From IMG/VR virus record IMGVR_UViG_2526164633_000033: a DNA stretch of 9,750 nucleotides; one strand, written 5' to 3'. The stretch comes from a virus (Duplodnaviria; Heunggongvirae; Uroviricota; Caudoviricetes). Of this stretch, positions 1 through 6,895 are shown one piece after another. A program made the translations under genes and the position numbers. The notes beneath the pieces were generated by a model. It was given only the letters and a program-made list of their open reading frames with translations. It did no database searches and was not told the DNA's origin. Each line of letters begins with the position of its first letter. Within the stretch, counting starts at the first letter, position 1.

Positions 1-375
1 CTAACAAGATAAACTCGCAGGATTCTCTTTCGTCGCATTGACAAAACAACGGAATAGTCGATTACCTGACTTCCGCCATTTCTGAAGATCCTGCATATTA
101 ATACCATAACTGCTGAACAACATAAAGGTGTCATCCAGATATTCGTCGATCTGCTCAATGAGCTTATTGTCTTCATTATACTTAATTTTGTAATTAAGTG
201 CGAAGGTCGCAATATGCTCAATCAGTTCATTCAACTGGAGGTTGATCGCCGAGGTTGGGTCGTTAACCCAGCCATGATTGCTTTCTTCAAGGTTTGCAAG
301 ACAGTCATGATACAGGGTTTCACAGAGAAACTTAAGCTGTGCGATATCATGTCTTTTGGGTGAGTATTCATCCAT
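1..375 (-). CDS. Hypothetical protein, 124 aa, AT-rich; complete ORF with stop at 1-3 and ATG at 375-373; no family recognised
   Basis: ORF track, frame re-derived by hand. A purine-rich Shine-Dalgarno (GAAGGGGA, reverse complement of 386-393) sits about 6 nt upstream of the ATG. Composition is visibly AT-rich compared with the phage structural genes. Confidence 0.5.
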   Translation of the reverse strand: MDEYSPKRHDIAQLKFLCETLYHDCLANLEESNHGWVNDPTSAINLQLNELIEHIATFALNYKIKYNEDNKLIEQIDEYLDDTFMLFSSYGINMQDLQKWRKSGNRLFRCFVNATKENPASLSC

Positions 376-879
376 AACGCGTCCCCTTCTTAGTGGTTGA
401 ACTAACGGACACCTTTCGGGATGGAAAAAACTTACTGACCTGGACTTGCCCTCTCGTTTGTTAGCTTAACTATAAGCCACTCTTTGCAGGTTTTCATCGC
501 ATTATTACGAAAAATTACAATTAGGAAGGAATCGGGACAGGACTCACTTTTTCATACTAGCACTAACCCGCAGCAGGTAAAAGCAGTTTGCTCGAACTGT
601 TCATAACATTTCAGGATTATCGCCAGATGAAATTGGTGACACTAATACCAGGATTGCTCTGAATATGACGTAATAACCGAGGAATGAATAAAGAATTACC
701 GCAAATAATTAAGAATAGCCTCTAAATGATTATGGATTATTAAATCTATTAGCGCTACTTAATATAAATTAACTAACAATCAGTATTTTTTATGAATTTT
801 ATCCGTGGTTAATACTGGTTTTCGTATGAGATCCTGAGTTGGTGGTTCAATTACTCCTTAATGTTCGTAGGTTATGCAT

Positions 880-906
880 AAAAAAGGCCGCTCTGCGGCC
901 TTTTTT
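880..906. terminator. Putative bidirectional rho-independent terminator (A5 - GGCCGC/GCGGCC stem - T6)
   Basis: Seen in sequence: aaaaa(881-885), stem ggccgc(886-891), loop tct, stem gcggcc(895-900), tttttt(901-906). The flanking A-run and T-run allow termination on either strand. Confidence 0.45.
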
Positions 907-990
907 CTTTCAATAACCGATTGATTTATAATGCTTTATCTCTCTTTGTTCCACTATGTGTCCACATTCAGTGGAGGGAGAGGGGAGTAA

Positions 991-1011
991 GCCCGCTACA
1001 TTGCGGGTTTT
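991..1011 (+). terminator. Putative rho-independent terminator hairpin (cccgc-tacatt-gcggg) followed by TTTT
   Basis: Seen in sequence: stem 992-996 / 1003-1007 with a T-run at 1008-1011. The stem is short (5 bp) but GC-rich, and no annotated + strand ORF lies upstream. Confidence 0.3.
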
Positions 1012-1050
1012 GTCTTATAGTCTGATCACTGTTTCAAGTCGGTGAGGGCA

Positions 1051-1093
1051 CCAAAAAGAAAACCCGCAGTTTTTACGCTGCGGGTTTGTTGTT
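1051..1093. terminator. Putative bidirectional rho-independent terminator, likely 3' end of the hok-like transcript
   Basis: Seen in sequence: a perfect 9-bp stem aacccgcag(1061-1069) / ctgcgggtt(1078-1086) with an 8-nt loop. It is flanked by ccaaaaagaa(1051-1060), U-rich on the - strand, and tgttgtt(1087-1093), U-rich on the + strand. Confidence 0.45.
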
Positions 1094-1173
1094 CATGTCT
1101 GTGAGATAGGGTGCCTTATCGACCTTACCCTGGCAACCGATTGACGGGGGATTGCTCCCCCGTCGCGGTTTCC

Positions 1174-1314
1174 TTACTGCTTACACTGTAAGAACGCCGC
1201 AAACTCCGCTCCCCAGAAGCTCATCCGTATTTCACACAGCGAACCGTGCAACATCCAGATGATGAGGATTGCCGTCACGCAGAACGTGATGGCCGTAAGC
1301 GATTTTTGCGACAT
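1174..1314 (-). CDS. hok: Hok/Gef-family type I toxin (HokA-like small membrane toxin), 46 aa
   Basis: Hand translation of the - strand gives MSQKSLTAITFCVTAILIIWMLHGSLCEIRMSFWGAEFAAFLQCKQ. It has one hydrophobic N-terminal helix, the SLCE(I/L) motif and the E-x-AAFL-x-CK tail with two conserved Cys, which I recall as typical of Hok/Gef toxins and closest to HokA. An AAGGAG Shine-Dalgarno (reverse complement of 1323-1328) lies 8 nt upstream of the ATG at 1314-1312. This gene is below the size cutoff of the supplied ORF track. Confidence 0.75.
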   Translation of the reverse strand: MSQKSLTAITFCVTAILIIWMLHGSLCEIRMSFWGAEFAAFLQCKQ

Positions 1315-1444
1315 AGCACTTGCTCCTTTTCCGGAGAGGCGCTAACCTTTCACTTGTCAAGGTAATGCGGTTAGGGCCTCGGTTAAACAGAGATGTTTTC
1401 CGGGGCCTTTCCACATCTGGCCTTCGGGTATTCCCTCCGACCAT
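1232..1444 (-). CDS. Possible mok-like overlapping reading frame (70 codons) that would couple translation to hok
   Basis: ORF track shows a 70-aa frame starting upstream of hok and ending inside it in a different frame. This matches the mok/hok arrangement of the plasmid R1 hok/sok locus as I remember it. No clear Shine-Dalgarno was found, so this is inference from architecture only. Confidence 0.3.
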   Translation of the reverse strand: MVGGNTRRPDVERPRKTSLFNRGPNRITLTSERLAPLRKRSKCYVAKIAYGHHVLRDGNPHHLDVARFAV

Positions 1445-1504
1445 CAGCCGAAAGGCACCCGCGCGTAATCTATCGCTTTTTTGTTAATCCGGCAATTCTG
1501 CCTG

Positions 1505-1765
1505 TTAGTTCTGAGGTAAAGGCAAACTCATCTGATTGTTTCCCCTGTGTGAAGCTGGCAGCTCATGCCACGGGATACCTTCTGAAGAGTGAACGCCGGA
1601 GGCGTGTTTTGATGTGAATTTATGGAAGGCTTCCAGTGTTGAGAAGCATACGCCGCATTCCAGGTTGTTACACTGGTAATACTTTTGCCGCACGGTGTTT
1701 GAATCATTTTCCGGACGACTGGTGCGGATTCGGGCAGATGCGCCACAAAGCGGACAACGGAACAT
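1505..1765 (-). CDS. ogr: Ogr/Delta-family zinc-finger late-gene transcription activator, 86 aa
   Basis: The translation begins MFRCPLCGASARIRTSR...YYQCNNLECGVCF, the C-x2-C...C-x4-C zinc-finger signature of P2 Ogr / 186 B / P4 Delta. A strong GGGAGG Shine-Dalgarno (reverse complement of 1771-1776) lies 5 nt upstream of the ATG at 1765-1763. The track ORF starts 20 codons further upstream (1825) but that start has no such site. The C-terminal 35 residues are divergent from the P2 Ogr I remember. Confidence 0.85.
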   Translation of the reverse strand: MFRCPLCGASARIRTSRPENDSNTVRQKYYQCNNLECGVCFSTLEAFHKFTSKHASGVHSSEGIPWHELPASHRGNNQMSLPLPQN

Positions 1766-1796
1766 AGCGACCTCCCTTAAATGTAGTAGTGCTGCT

Positions 1797-1825
1797 ATTC
1801 TATGTTGTACTGGTTCAGACTCCAA
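1797..1825 (-). promoter_or_regulatory. Putative sigma70-type promoter for ogr (-35 TTGGAG, 17-nt spacer, -10 TAGAAT on the - strand)
   Basis: Seen in sequence: reverse complement of 1820-1825 is TTGGAG and of 1797-1802 is TAGAAT, with a 17-nt spacer, about 20 nt upstream of the ogr ribosome-binding site. Found by motif matching by eye only. Confidence 0.25.
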
Positions 1826-1883
1826 CTGACAGTTTGCATAGATACACGGTTAAGTAATTAAATCATTCAAAATCGGGATAAAA

Positions 1884-3320
1884 ATGAGCACACATGAAAT
1901 AGCTAGCACACAAGCACAAGGGCAACTCGTATCAACAGATTTCAATCGATTCGAGCAATTTTTGGAGTCGCTTGGATTACCAAAAGAAAATGTTCTTGCT
2001 TCAACGATGGAGCGTCAGGTTGTCCAAACAAACTTTCCTCAGTTTGTGATGGCGTTACCAGAAGACGTTAAGCGTGACTCTAGATATTTGTCCAAATTTG
2101 CAGCAGCAAGTGCTATTGGTTTGTTTGATGCTGCCTTGAATTATGTCTGGAACGAAGTTGTACTTAACTTACGAAGAAAGACAGTTATTTATGGTTTGGA
2201 ACTTTTTTTTGATGCTGCCGTTGGTGGTAAACATAGAGATCTATTTAGTACTGAAAGTGACTTAAGTGGTATTAAAGATAAAGTTCTTCTTGATAATTGC
2301 GCTAAATTAGAATTGATCTCCGACTCAATTTATAAAAAACTCACCCATATTTTAATTATGCGCAATGATCTTGGTGCCAGTCATCCTAATGATGCGAAAA
2401 TCAATGCTTATGAACTGATGGGGTGGTTGCAAACATGTGTTCAAGAAGTTATCAATGACACACCTTCAGAGGCTGCACTGCAAGTTAAGGCTTTTGTTGA
2501 GAATCTGCGAAATCAAACTGAAGTCATCAGTAGCTCTAGTTTGCAGCATATGAAAAATGGGCTCAAACAGCTACACACAAGAAATTGTGATAATGTCCTT
2601 CAGACAATCTTCGGTATGTATATTGGTGCTGGTGCAAATAACATCCTTAAGAAAAATATATCTGAAATTGCTCCAACAGTTTGGGAATGTGCAGATAATA
2701 ATATTAAATATAAACTAGGTGTTGCGCTTGATGGTTATCGAACCAACTTGCACAATGATAAATTTTTAGCAGGTAACGAGTTTTTCGAATTTTGCTCTGG
2801 TAATAAATTTAAAACCCTTGAGGCTAGGGTTATTCTGCTTGATGAATATCTGGATGATTTAAGTTCTGCTCACAGCGGTTGGGATAATTTCTATAATGAA
2901 GTTCCTCATGCTAGGAAAATATTAAGTTACATTTCCAATGAATCGGATATTCCTAATGAACGTAAAGAAAAATTAATTCGTATAATTCTATCGTGTCGTA
3001 TTGGTAATGGTGTTTCTTATAACACTGGTGTTTCTCCTTTAGGCAAACCCATATACGATTCAATATTGAATATGCTGGGCGATGATAATATCGTTCAAGT
3101 TATCATTGCATTCTATAATCAAGAGATTTACCACTTATTATCTAACAAAAACTGTAGGAAGCATGCTGTGCAAATTCTAACGGATATAAGAACTAATGTT
3201 GTTAGTGATAAGCTCAAGCAAATCTTAGATTATCTGATTGTAAATGGTGATACTTTGGAAAAAACTATGAAAACCACTGAATTTAAAGCTCTAGCATCAA
3301 GTCATATAAAATTTAGTTAA
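1884..3320 (+). CDS. Hypothetical 478-aa protein in an AT-rich cargo island between D and ogr; N-terminal HEPN-like R-x6-H motif; candidate abortive-infection/defence protein
   Basis: Uninterrupted 479-codon ORF with ATG at 1884 and a GGGA ribosome-binding site at 1875-1878. Composition is visibly much more AT-rich than the flanking phage genes. It is transcribed convergently with D and divergently from ogr. Residues 160-167 read RNDLGASH (nt 2361-2384), which fits the HEPN Rx4-6H pattern. No other catalytic motif was recognised. Confidence 0.8.
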   Translation: MSTHEIASTQAQGQLVSTDFNRFEQFLESLGLPKENVLASTMERQVVQTNFPQFVMALPEDVKRDSRYLSKFAAASAIGLFDAALNYVWNEVVLNLRRKTVIYGLELFFDAAVGGKHRDLFSTESDLSGIKDKVLLDNCAKLELISDSIYKKLTHILIMRNDLGASHPNDAKINAYELMGWLQTCVQEVINDTPSEAALQVKAFVENLRNQTEVISSSSLQHMKNGLKQLHTRNCDNVLQTIFGMYIGAGANNILKKNISEIAPTVWECADNNIKYKLGVALDGYRTNLHNDKFLAGNEFFEFCSGNKFKTLEARVILLDEYLDDLSSAHSGWDNFYNEVPHARKILSYISNESDIPNERKEKLIRIILSCRIGNGVSYNTGVSPLGKPIYDSILNMLGDDNIVQVIIAFYNQEIYHLLSNKNCRKHAVQILTDIRTNVVSDKLKQILDYLIVNGDTLEKTMKTTEFKALASSHIKFS

Positions 3321-3330
3321 TAAATTCTAA

Positions 3331-3368
3331 GTCTTCAAAAAAGGTCACAGATTTGCTATCTGTGGCCT
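3331..3368 (-). terminator. Rho-independent terminator for gene D (11-bp stem with one G-U pair, 5-nt loop, U-run on the - strand)
   Basis: Seen in sequence: stem aggtcacagat(3342-3352) / atctgtggcct(3358-3368) with loop ttgct. On the - strand transcript the hairpin is followed by UUUUUUG (reverse complement of caaaaaa at 3336-3342). There is no U-run on the + side. Confidence 0.5.
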
Positions 3369-3503
3369 GAGGCGGACGCCTTAGTGAGGTGCCACGTACC
3401 ATAAATATCAAGTAAATCATTACAAATATTTTTTAGCGTGAGTGTATTCTTAAGTCCGGCGTAACTATTCTGTATTTATCTTTTTCATGGTATCTATGGT
3501 TTA

Positions 3504-4613
3504 TCATTCTGTTTCTGCTATCCATTCCGGGATTTTTGCTTCAAGCTCAAGCTGAGTGGTAAAGCCGCTGTTATCAATGGTGTGCTCGGCTTTTGCAATA
3601 ATCCAGTCCTGATTATCAATCTCGCTTTTAAATCCTGTTACCGTGCCATGCATTTCGGGGTAGAGTTCTGCGCGTCCGCGTGCCAGTGTGATGGAGAATG
3701 ATGCGGCTCCGCGTTGTAGTTGTTGCCACTTTGCCGCCGCTGCGCGTCTTGCTGCCTGCTCGTTCTGATAAGTCTTGCGTAACACAAACACATTGCCTTC
3801 CGCGCCTTCCATATAATCACCTTCACGGCTGCTGCTTTTCTCTTTTTTCGGTTTTGGCGGTTTGCGGCGTTTCACGCTGACTTTTTTCTTTTTCCCGTAA
3901 TTAAGATCAAGCCAGTAAGCGCGTACCCCCGTATACGCCTCGCGGTCAGCAATGCGGAACTGATGGCGATCGCCGCTGCTGCGTGTGATGGCGAACGATG
4001 GCAACGGCTGGCCCTGTGCGTTCACGCCACCGCCGGGCATGATGAATAACAGATTACCGCTTTTTACCGTGGTGATTGCGCCCAGCATTTCCGCCATGCG
4101 CGTAAGGAAGGACATGTCACTTTCTTCGGTCTGGTCGGCGTGGTCGATTTCGATATGCATCAGCATTTCGCTGATTTGCGGTTTCAGACCGTACCGATGA
4201 GCGATGGCGGATACCACACGCTCAACGGTCACATCATGCCAGGACACCTCACGTTTAACGTTAAATTCATCCCGAAAATCTGCGCTTCTGGCTGAAACAG
4301 TCAGCCTGTCCGGCGGTCCTTCGTGTGCGATTTCATCGACAATGTAAGAGCCTTTTTCTGTCAGCGGTTCGCCTTTCCAGCCAATGAGAACCGTCAGGCG
4401 CGCGCCCCGTGGCGGTAGCTGCAACTGACCATCCGCATCATCCAGCGTGATGGTGAGCTGGTCCGCTTCAAATCCCCGGTTGTCGGTCAGTGACAGGCTC
4501 ATCAGGCGCTCTGCCACGCCTGACAGCGTTTTACCCTCCGCGAGAATATCAAAATCCGGCATTTTCACGGGGTCTGTGCTCTGACTGAGCAATTGCATGG
4601 TGGTGTCGGTCAT
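3504..4613 (-). CDS. D: P2-type tail protein D (gpD, late control gene D family), 369 aa from the proposed start
   Basis: The translation contains LSLTDNRGFEADQLTITLDDADG...SARSADFR...VSWHD and a lysine-rich KKKKVSVKRRKPPKPKKEK linker, matching my recollection of P2 gpD. I prefer the ATG at 4613-4611, which has a GGGAGGG Shine-Dalgarno 4-5 nt upstream. The track start at 4634 has no such site, so the start could be 4634 or 4613. Confidence 0.85.
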   Translation of the reverse strand: MTDTTMQLLSQSTDPVKMPDFDILAEGKTLSGVAERLMSLSLTDNRGFEADQLTITLDDADGQLQLPPRGARLTVLIGWKGEPLTEKGSYIVDEIAHEGPPDRLTVSARSADFRDEFNVKREVSWHDVTVERVVSAIAHRYGLKPQISEMLMHIEIDHADQTEESDMSFLTRMAEMLGAITTVKSGNLLFIMPGGGVNAQGQPLPSFAITRSSGDRHQFRIADREAYTGVRAYWLDLNYGKKKKVSVKRRKPPKPKKEKSSSREGDYMEGAEGNVFVLRKTYQNEQAARRAAAAKWQQLQRGAASFSITLARGRAELYPEMHGTVTGFKSEIDNQDWIIAKAEHTIDNSGFTTQLELEAKIPEWIAETE

Positions 4614-4769
4614 CTTTCCCTCCCTGTGCGGCATGGTCGCATGTGCGTGCGGAGGGGGTTACTGCTTTTTGTTGTCGCCGGGTCGGGAGAACGGCGCAGG
4701 GGTGAGATTACGCGCGTGGTGGGTGATGATTGTTGCCGAATCATTTAACGGATACAAGGGGCTGAAGCT

Positions 4770-5954
4770 ATGAGTGAAACTCGTTTTCATGGTGCCCGTG
4801 TTACGGAAAATACCGACCTGGTAACAGCGATTAACGATGTTGATTCCAGCGTTATCGGTATCGTGGCAACGGCGGATGATGCGGACGCGAAGCTGTTCCC
4901 GCTGAACAAGCCCACACTGCTGACCCGCGTCAATGACGTGCTGGGAAAATGCGGAACAACGGGGACGCTTTATCGTGCGCTTAAGGCCATCGCAGACCAG
5001 GTGAGCACAAAGGTGATCGTCGTTCGCGTGGCTGAACACAAAGAAGAAGACGGAAAGACGCAGGATCAACTGGTTATCGGTGGTTCTGAGGATGACGGCA
5101 GCTATACGGGGATGTATGCGCTGCTTGTTGCAGAGCAGGATGAAAGCATCGGATACCGTCCGCGTATTCTGGCCGCGCCGGAGCTGGACACGGAGGCGGT
5201 GACAAAATCCCTGTGCGTGATTGCGGGTAAACTGCGCGCATTTGTGTATGCCTCATGTCACGGCTGTAACACGATGGCTGAAGCGATTACCTACCGCCAG
5301 AAATTCAACGAACGTGAAGTGATGCTCTTATGGCCGGACTTCATCGCCTACAACCCGAAAAGTGGCGAAAACGAAACGTTCCCCGCGCCTGCTTATGCGT
5401 GCGGCCTTCGTGCGTACATTGACCATGAGCAGGGCTGGCACAAATCGCTGTCCAACGTTCCGGTTAAAAATGTGCTGGGGATGTCGAGGCATGTGTTCTG
5501 GTCGTTGCAGGCCGAAGACAGCGATGCCAACAGCCTCAACAACAAAGAAATCACGACCATTATTCGTCGCAACGGGTTCCGCTTCTGGGGCAACCGCACA
5601 CCGGAAACGAACGCCTACATTTTTGAGGTGTATACCCGAACCGCACAGGTGCTGGCTGATTCAATTGCGGAAGCGCAGTTTGAAACCATCGACAGTCCAC
5701 TGACGCCTGCGAACGTGAAGGATGTTATCAGTGCCATCAGGGCAAAACTGGATTCACTGGTGACTGCCGGGAAACTGATTGGCGCGGAGTGCTGGTATGA
5801 CGTGGTGGATAACAGCACCACGGATTTACGTCAGGGGCGTGTGCGTATTCGCTACAAATATACGCCCGTTCCGCCACTGGAAGACATGGAGCTTTACCAG
5901 ACGTTTACTGATGAATACTTTGAACCCGCATTTGCGGTGCTGGGAGGTGCCTGA
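4770..5954 (+). CDS. FI: Contractile tail sheath protein (P2 gpFI family), 394 aa
   Basis: 394-aa ORF of the length expected for a P2-type sheath, with an AAGGGG Shine-Dalgarno 9 nt upstream of the ATG at 4770. Its stop overlaps the next gene's start (TGATG at 5952-5956), as expected for the coupled FI-FII pair. Confidence 0.9.
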   Translation: MSETRFHGARVTENTDLVTAINDVDSSVIGIVATADDADAKLFPLNKPTLLTRVNDVLGKCGTTGTLYRALKAIADQVSTKVIVVRVAEHKEEDGKTQDQLVIGGSEDDGSYTGMYALLVAEQDESIGYRPRILAAPELDTEAVTKSLCVIAGKLRAFVYASCHGCNTMAEAITYRQKFNEREVMLLWPDFIAYNPKSGENETFPAPAYACGLRAYIDHEQGWHKSLSNVPVKNVLGMSRHVFWSLQAEDSDANSLNNKEITTIIRRNGFRFWGNRTPETNAYIFEVYTRTAQVLADSIAEAQFETIDSPLTPANVKDVISAIRAKLDSLVTAGKLIGAECWYDVVDNSTTDLRQGRVRIRYKYTPVPPLEDMELYQTFTDEYFEPAFAVLGGA

Positions 5955-6465
5955 TGGCTGTGCCAAAACATCTTCGCTTTTTTACGCTGTTTGTGGATGG
6001 TGAAAACGAAGTGGGTAAGGTGACGTCCGTCACTTTGCCTAAGCTGACGCGCAAAACCGACAGCTACCGGGGTGGTGGCATGATGGGGGCGGTAAGTATT
6101 GATCTCGGTCTGGACGACTCCGCGCTTGATGCGAGCTTTGTCATGGGGGCGCAGTTCGTGAGCTGTTCCTTAAGTATGGCGGCACGATTGACAGCACGCT
6201 GCTGCGTTTTGCGGGTGAATACTACACCGATGCAGAAAGCGACCTGTATGAAGTCGAAATGCGCGGACGTGTGACGGAAATTGATATGGGGGAAGCCAAA
6301 CAGGGCGAAGCCACATCACACACTTACGCCATTAAAAACACCTACTACAAGCTGAGTGTTAACGATCGTCCGTTGTGGGAGATTGACCTGCTGAACTTCA
6401 TTTACCGGAAGGACGGCAAGGACATTGTGCCTGACCGTATCCGTTCCGCGCTTGGGCTTGGCTGA
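5954..6465 (+). pseudogene. FII: Tail tube protein (P2 gpFII family) interrupted by a frameshift; N-terminal part in frame 2 (5954-6274), C-terminal part in frame 1 (to 6465)
   Basis: Two track ORFs, 5954-6274 and 6259-6465, lie in adjacent frames. The frame-1 reading is open from 6130 and gives ...ELFLKYGGTIDSTLLRFAGEYY..., a natural continuation of the N-terminal MAVPKHLRFFTLFVDG... Adding one G to the G5 run at 6145-6149 produces a single ORF of about 170 aa (...SFVMGGAVRELFLKYGG...). A GGGAGG Shine-Dalgarno precedes the ATG at 5954. Confidence 0.75.
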
Positions 6466-6520
6466 TAAGTAATATGCAGGCGGCGCAGTGCGTCGCCTCT
6501 GACTGAAAAGGAGAAAACTG

Positions 6521-6895
6521 ATGAAAGACATCGATACTGAAACCCGGAATAACACCGTGGCGGATGATGTGACGGCAGGTGAGGATATGGCTGTCGAACA
6601 TGGCGTAAAACTGACCCGACCCATTGAGCGTGGTGGCGAAAAAATCACGTATGTGGAGATCACCGGGGCTATTGAACAGGCTGGATCCCTGCGTGGTCTG
6701 TCGCTGTCTGATGTGCTGAATCTGAAAGCGGATACCATGTTCACGCTGTTGCCTCGCGTGACCTCGCCACGACTGGATGAAGTGATGATTAAAAAAATGT
6801 CGTCACGCGATTTTATTCAGTTGTGCGCTGTGGCTGTAAATTTTATGAGCGAGCCAGACTCTGGCGCGAAGAGCGTGCAGGAGACGGCAGCGTAA
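6521..6895 (+). CDS. E: Tail assembly chaperone E (P2 gpE family), 124 aa
   Basis: ORF with an AAGGAG Shine-Dalgarno 8 nt upstream of the ATG at 6521. Its position, between the tube and tape-measure genes, and an overlapping -1 frame that extends to the tape-measure start, are the hallmarks of the E/E' pair. Confidence 0.7.
   Translation: MKDIDTETRNNTVADDVTAGEDMAVEHGVKLTRPIERGGEKITYVEITGAIEQAGSLRGLSLSDVLNLKADTMFTLLPRVTSPRLDEVMIKKMSSRDFIQLCAVAVNFMSEPDSGAKSVQETAA

Noticed and set aside
841-860. tRNA T-loop-like string ggtggttcaattactcc, considered as a possible tRNA or tmRNA 3' end marking an att site
   Set aside because: It does not match the GGTTCGAATCC / GGTTCAAATCC consensus, and no acceptor or anticodon arms could be folded around it.
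660-880. Several very short ATG-initiated frames (5-16 codons) in the AT-rich region
   Set aside because: None has a properly spaced Shine-Dalgarno, and in AT-rich DNA such frames are expected by chance.
981-1011. Resemblance of gagtaagcccgctacattgcggg to the P2 att core as I recall it (…TAAGCCCGTGTAAGGGAGATT)
   Set aside because: Only an 8-nt stretch (TAAGCCCG) matches, and the rest diverges. That is too weak to call an attachment site without the other prophage end or an empty-site sequence.
1440-1490. Possible terminator for ogr or Sok (T6 run at 1477-1482 preceded by a 3-bp gcg/cgc stem)
   Set aside because: The stem is too weak to call. Where ogr transcription ends, and where any Sok-like RNA lies, remain undetermined.
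1393-1617. 74-aa + strand ORF overlapping the ogr 3' end and the hok leader
   Set aside because: It is antisense to ogr and to the hok/mok leader, has no ribosome-binding site and an odd composition. The + strand here is more plausibly a non-coding (Sok-like) region than protein-coding.
2620-2650. Gly-rich segment GMYIGAGANNILKK in the cargo protein, considered as a Walker A / P-loop
   Set aside because: It lacks the GK[ST] core of a P-loop, so no NTPase call is justified.
4659-5069. 136-aa ORF on the - strand inside the sheath gene, plus other antisense ORFs within FI, D and T (for example 5074-5256, 7460-7711, 8262-8903, 9291-9743)
   Set aside because: They lie antisense or out of frame within well-supported, GC-rich phage genes. 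Their translations are Arg/Ser/Pro/Cys-rich and low-complexity, as expected for spurious frames, and none has a ribosome-binding site.
6476-6500. Imperfect hairpin (aggcg…cgcct) between the FII stop and the E start
   Set aside because: The stem is short with a large loop and has no U-run. At most it is an mRNA structure affecting translation of E, and there is not enough evidence for a terminator or attenuator.
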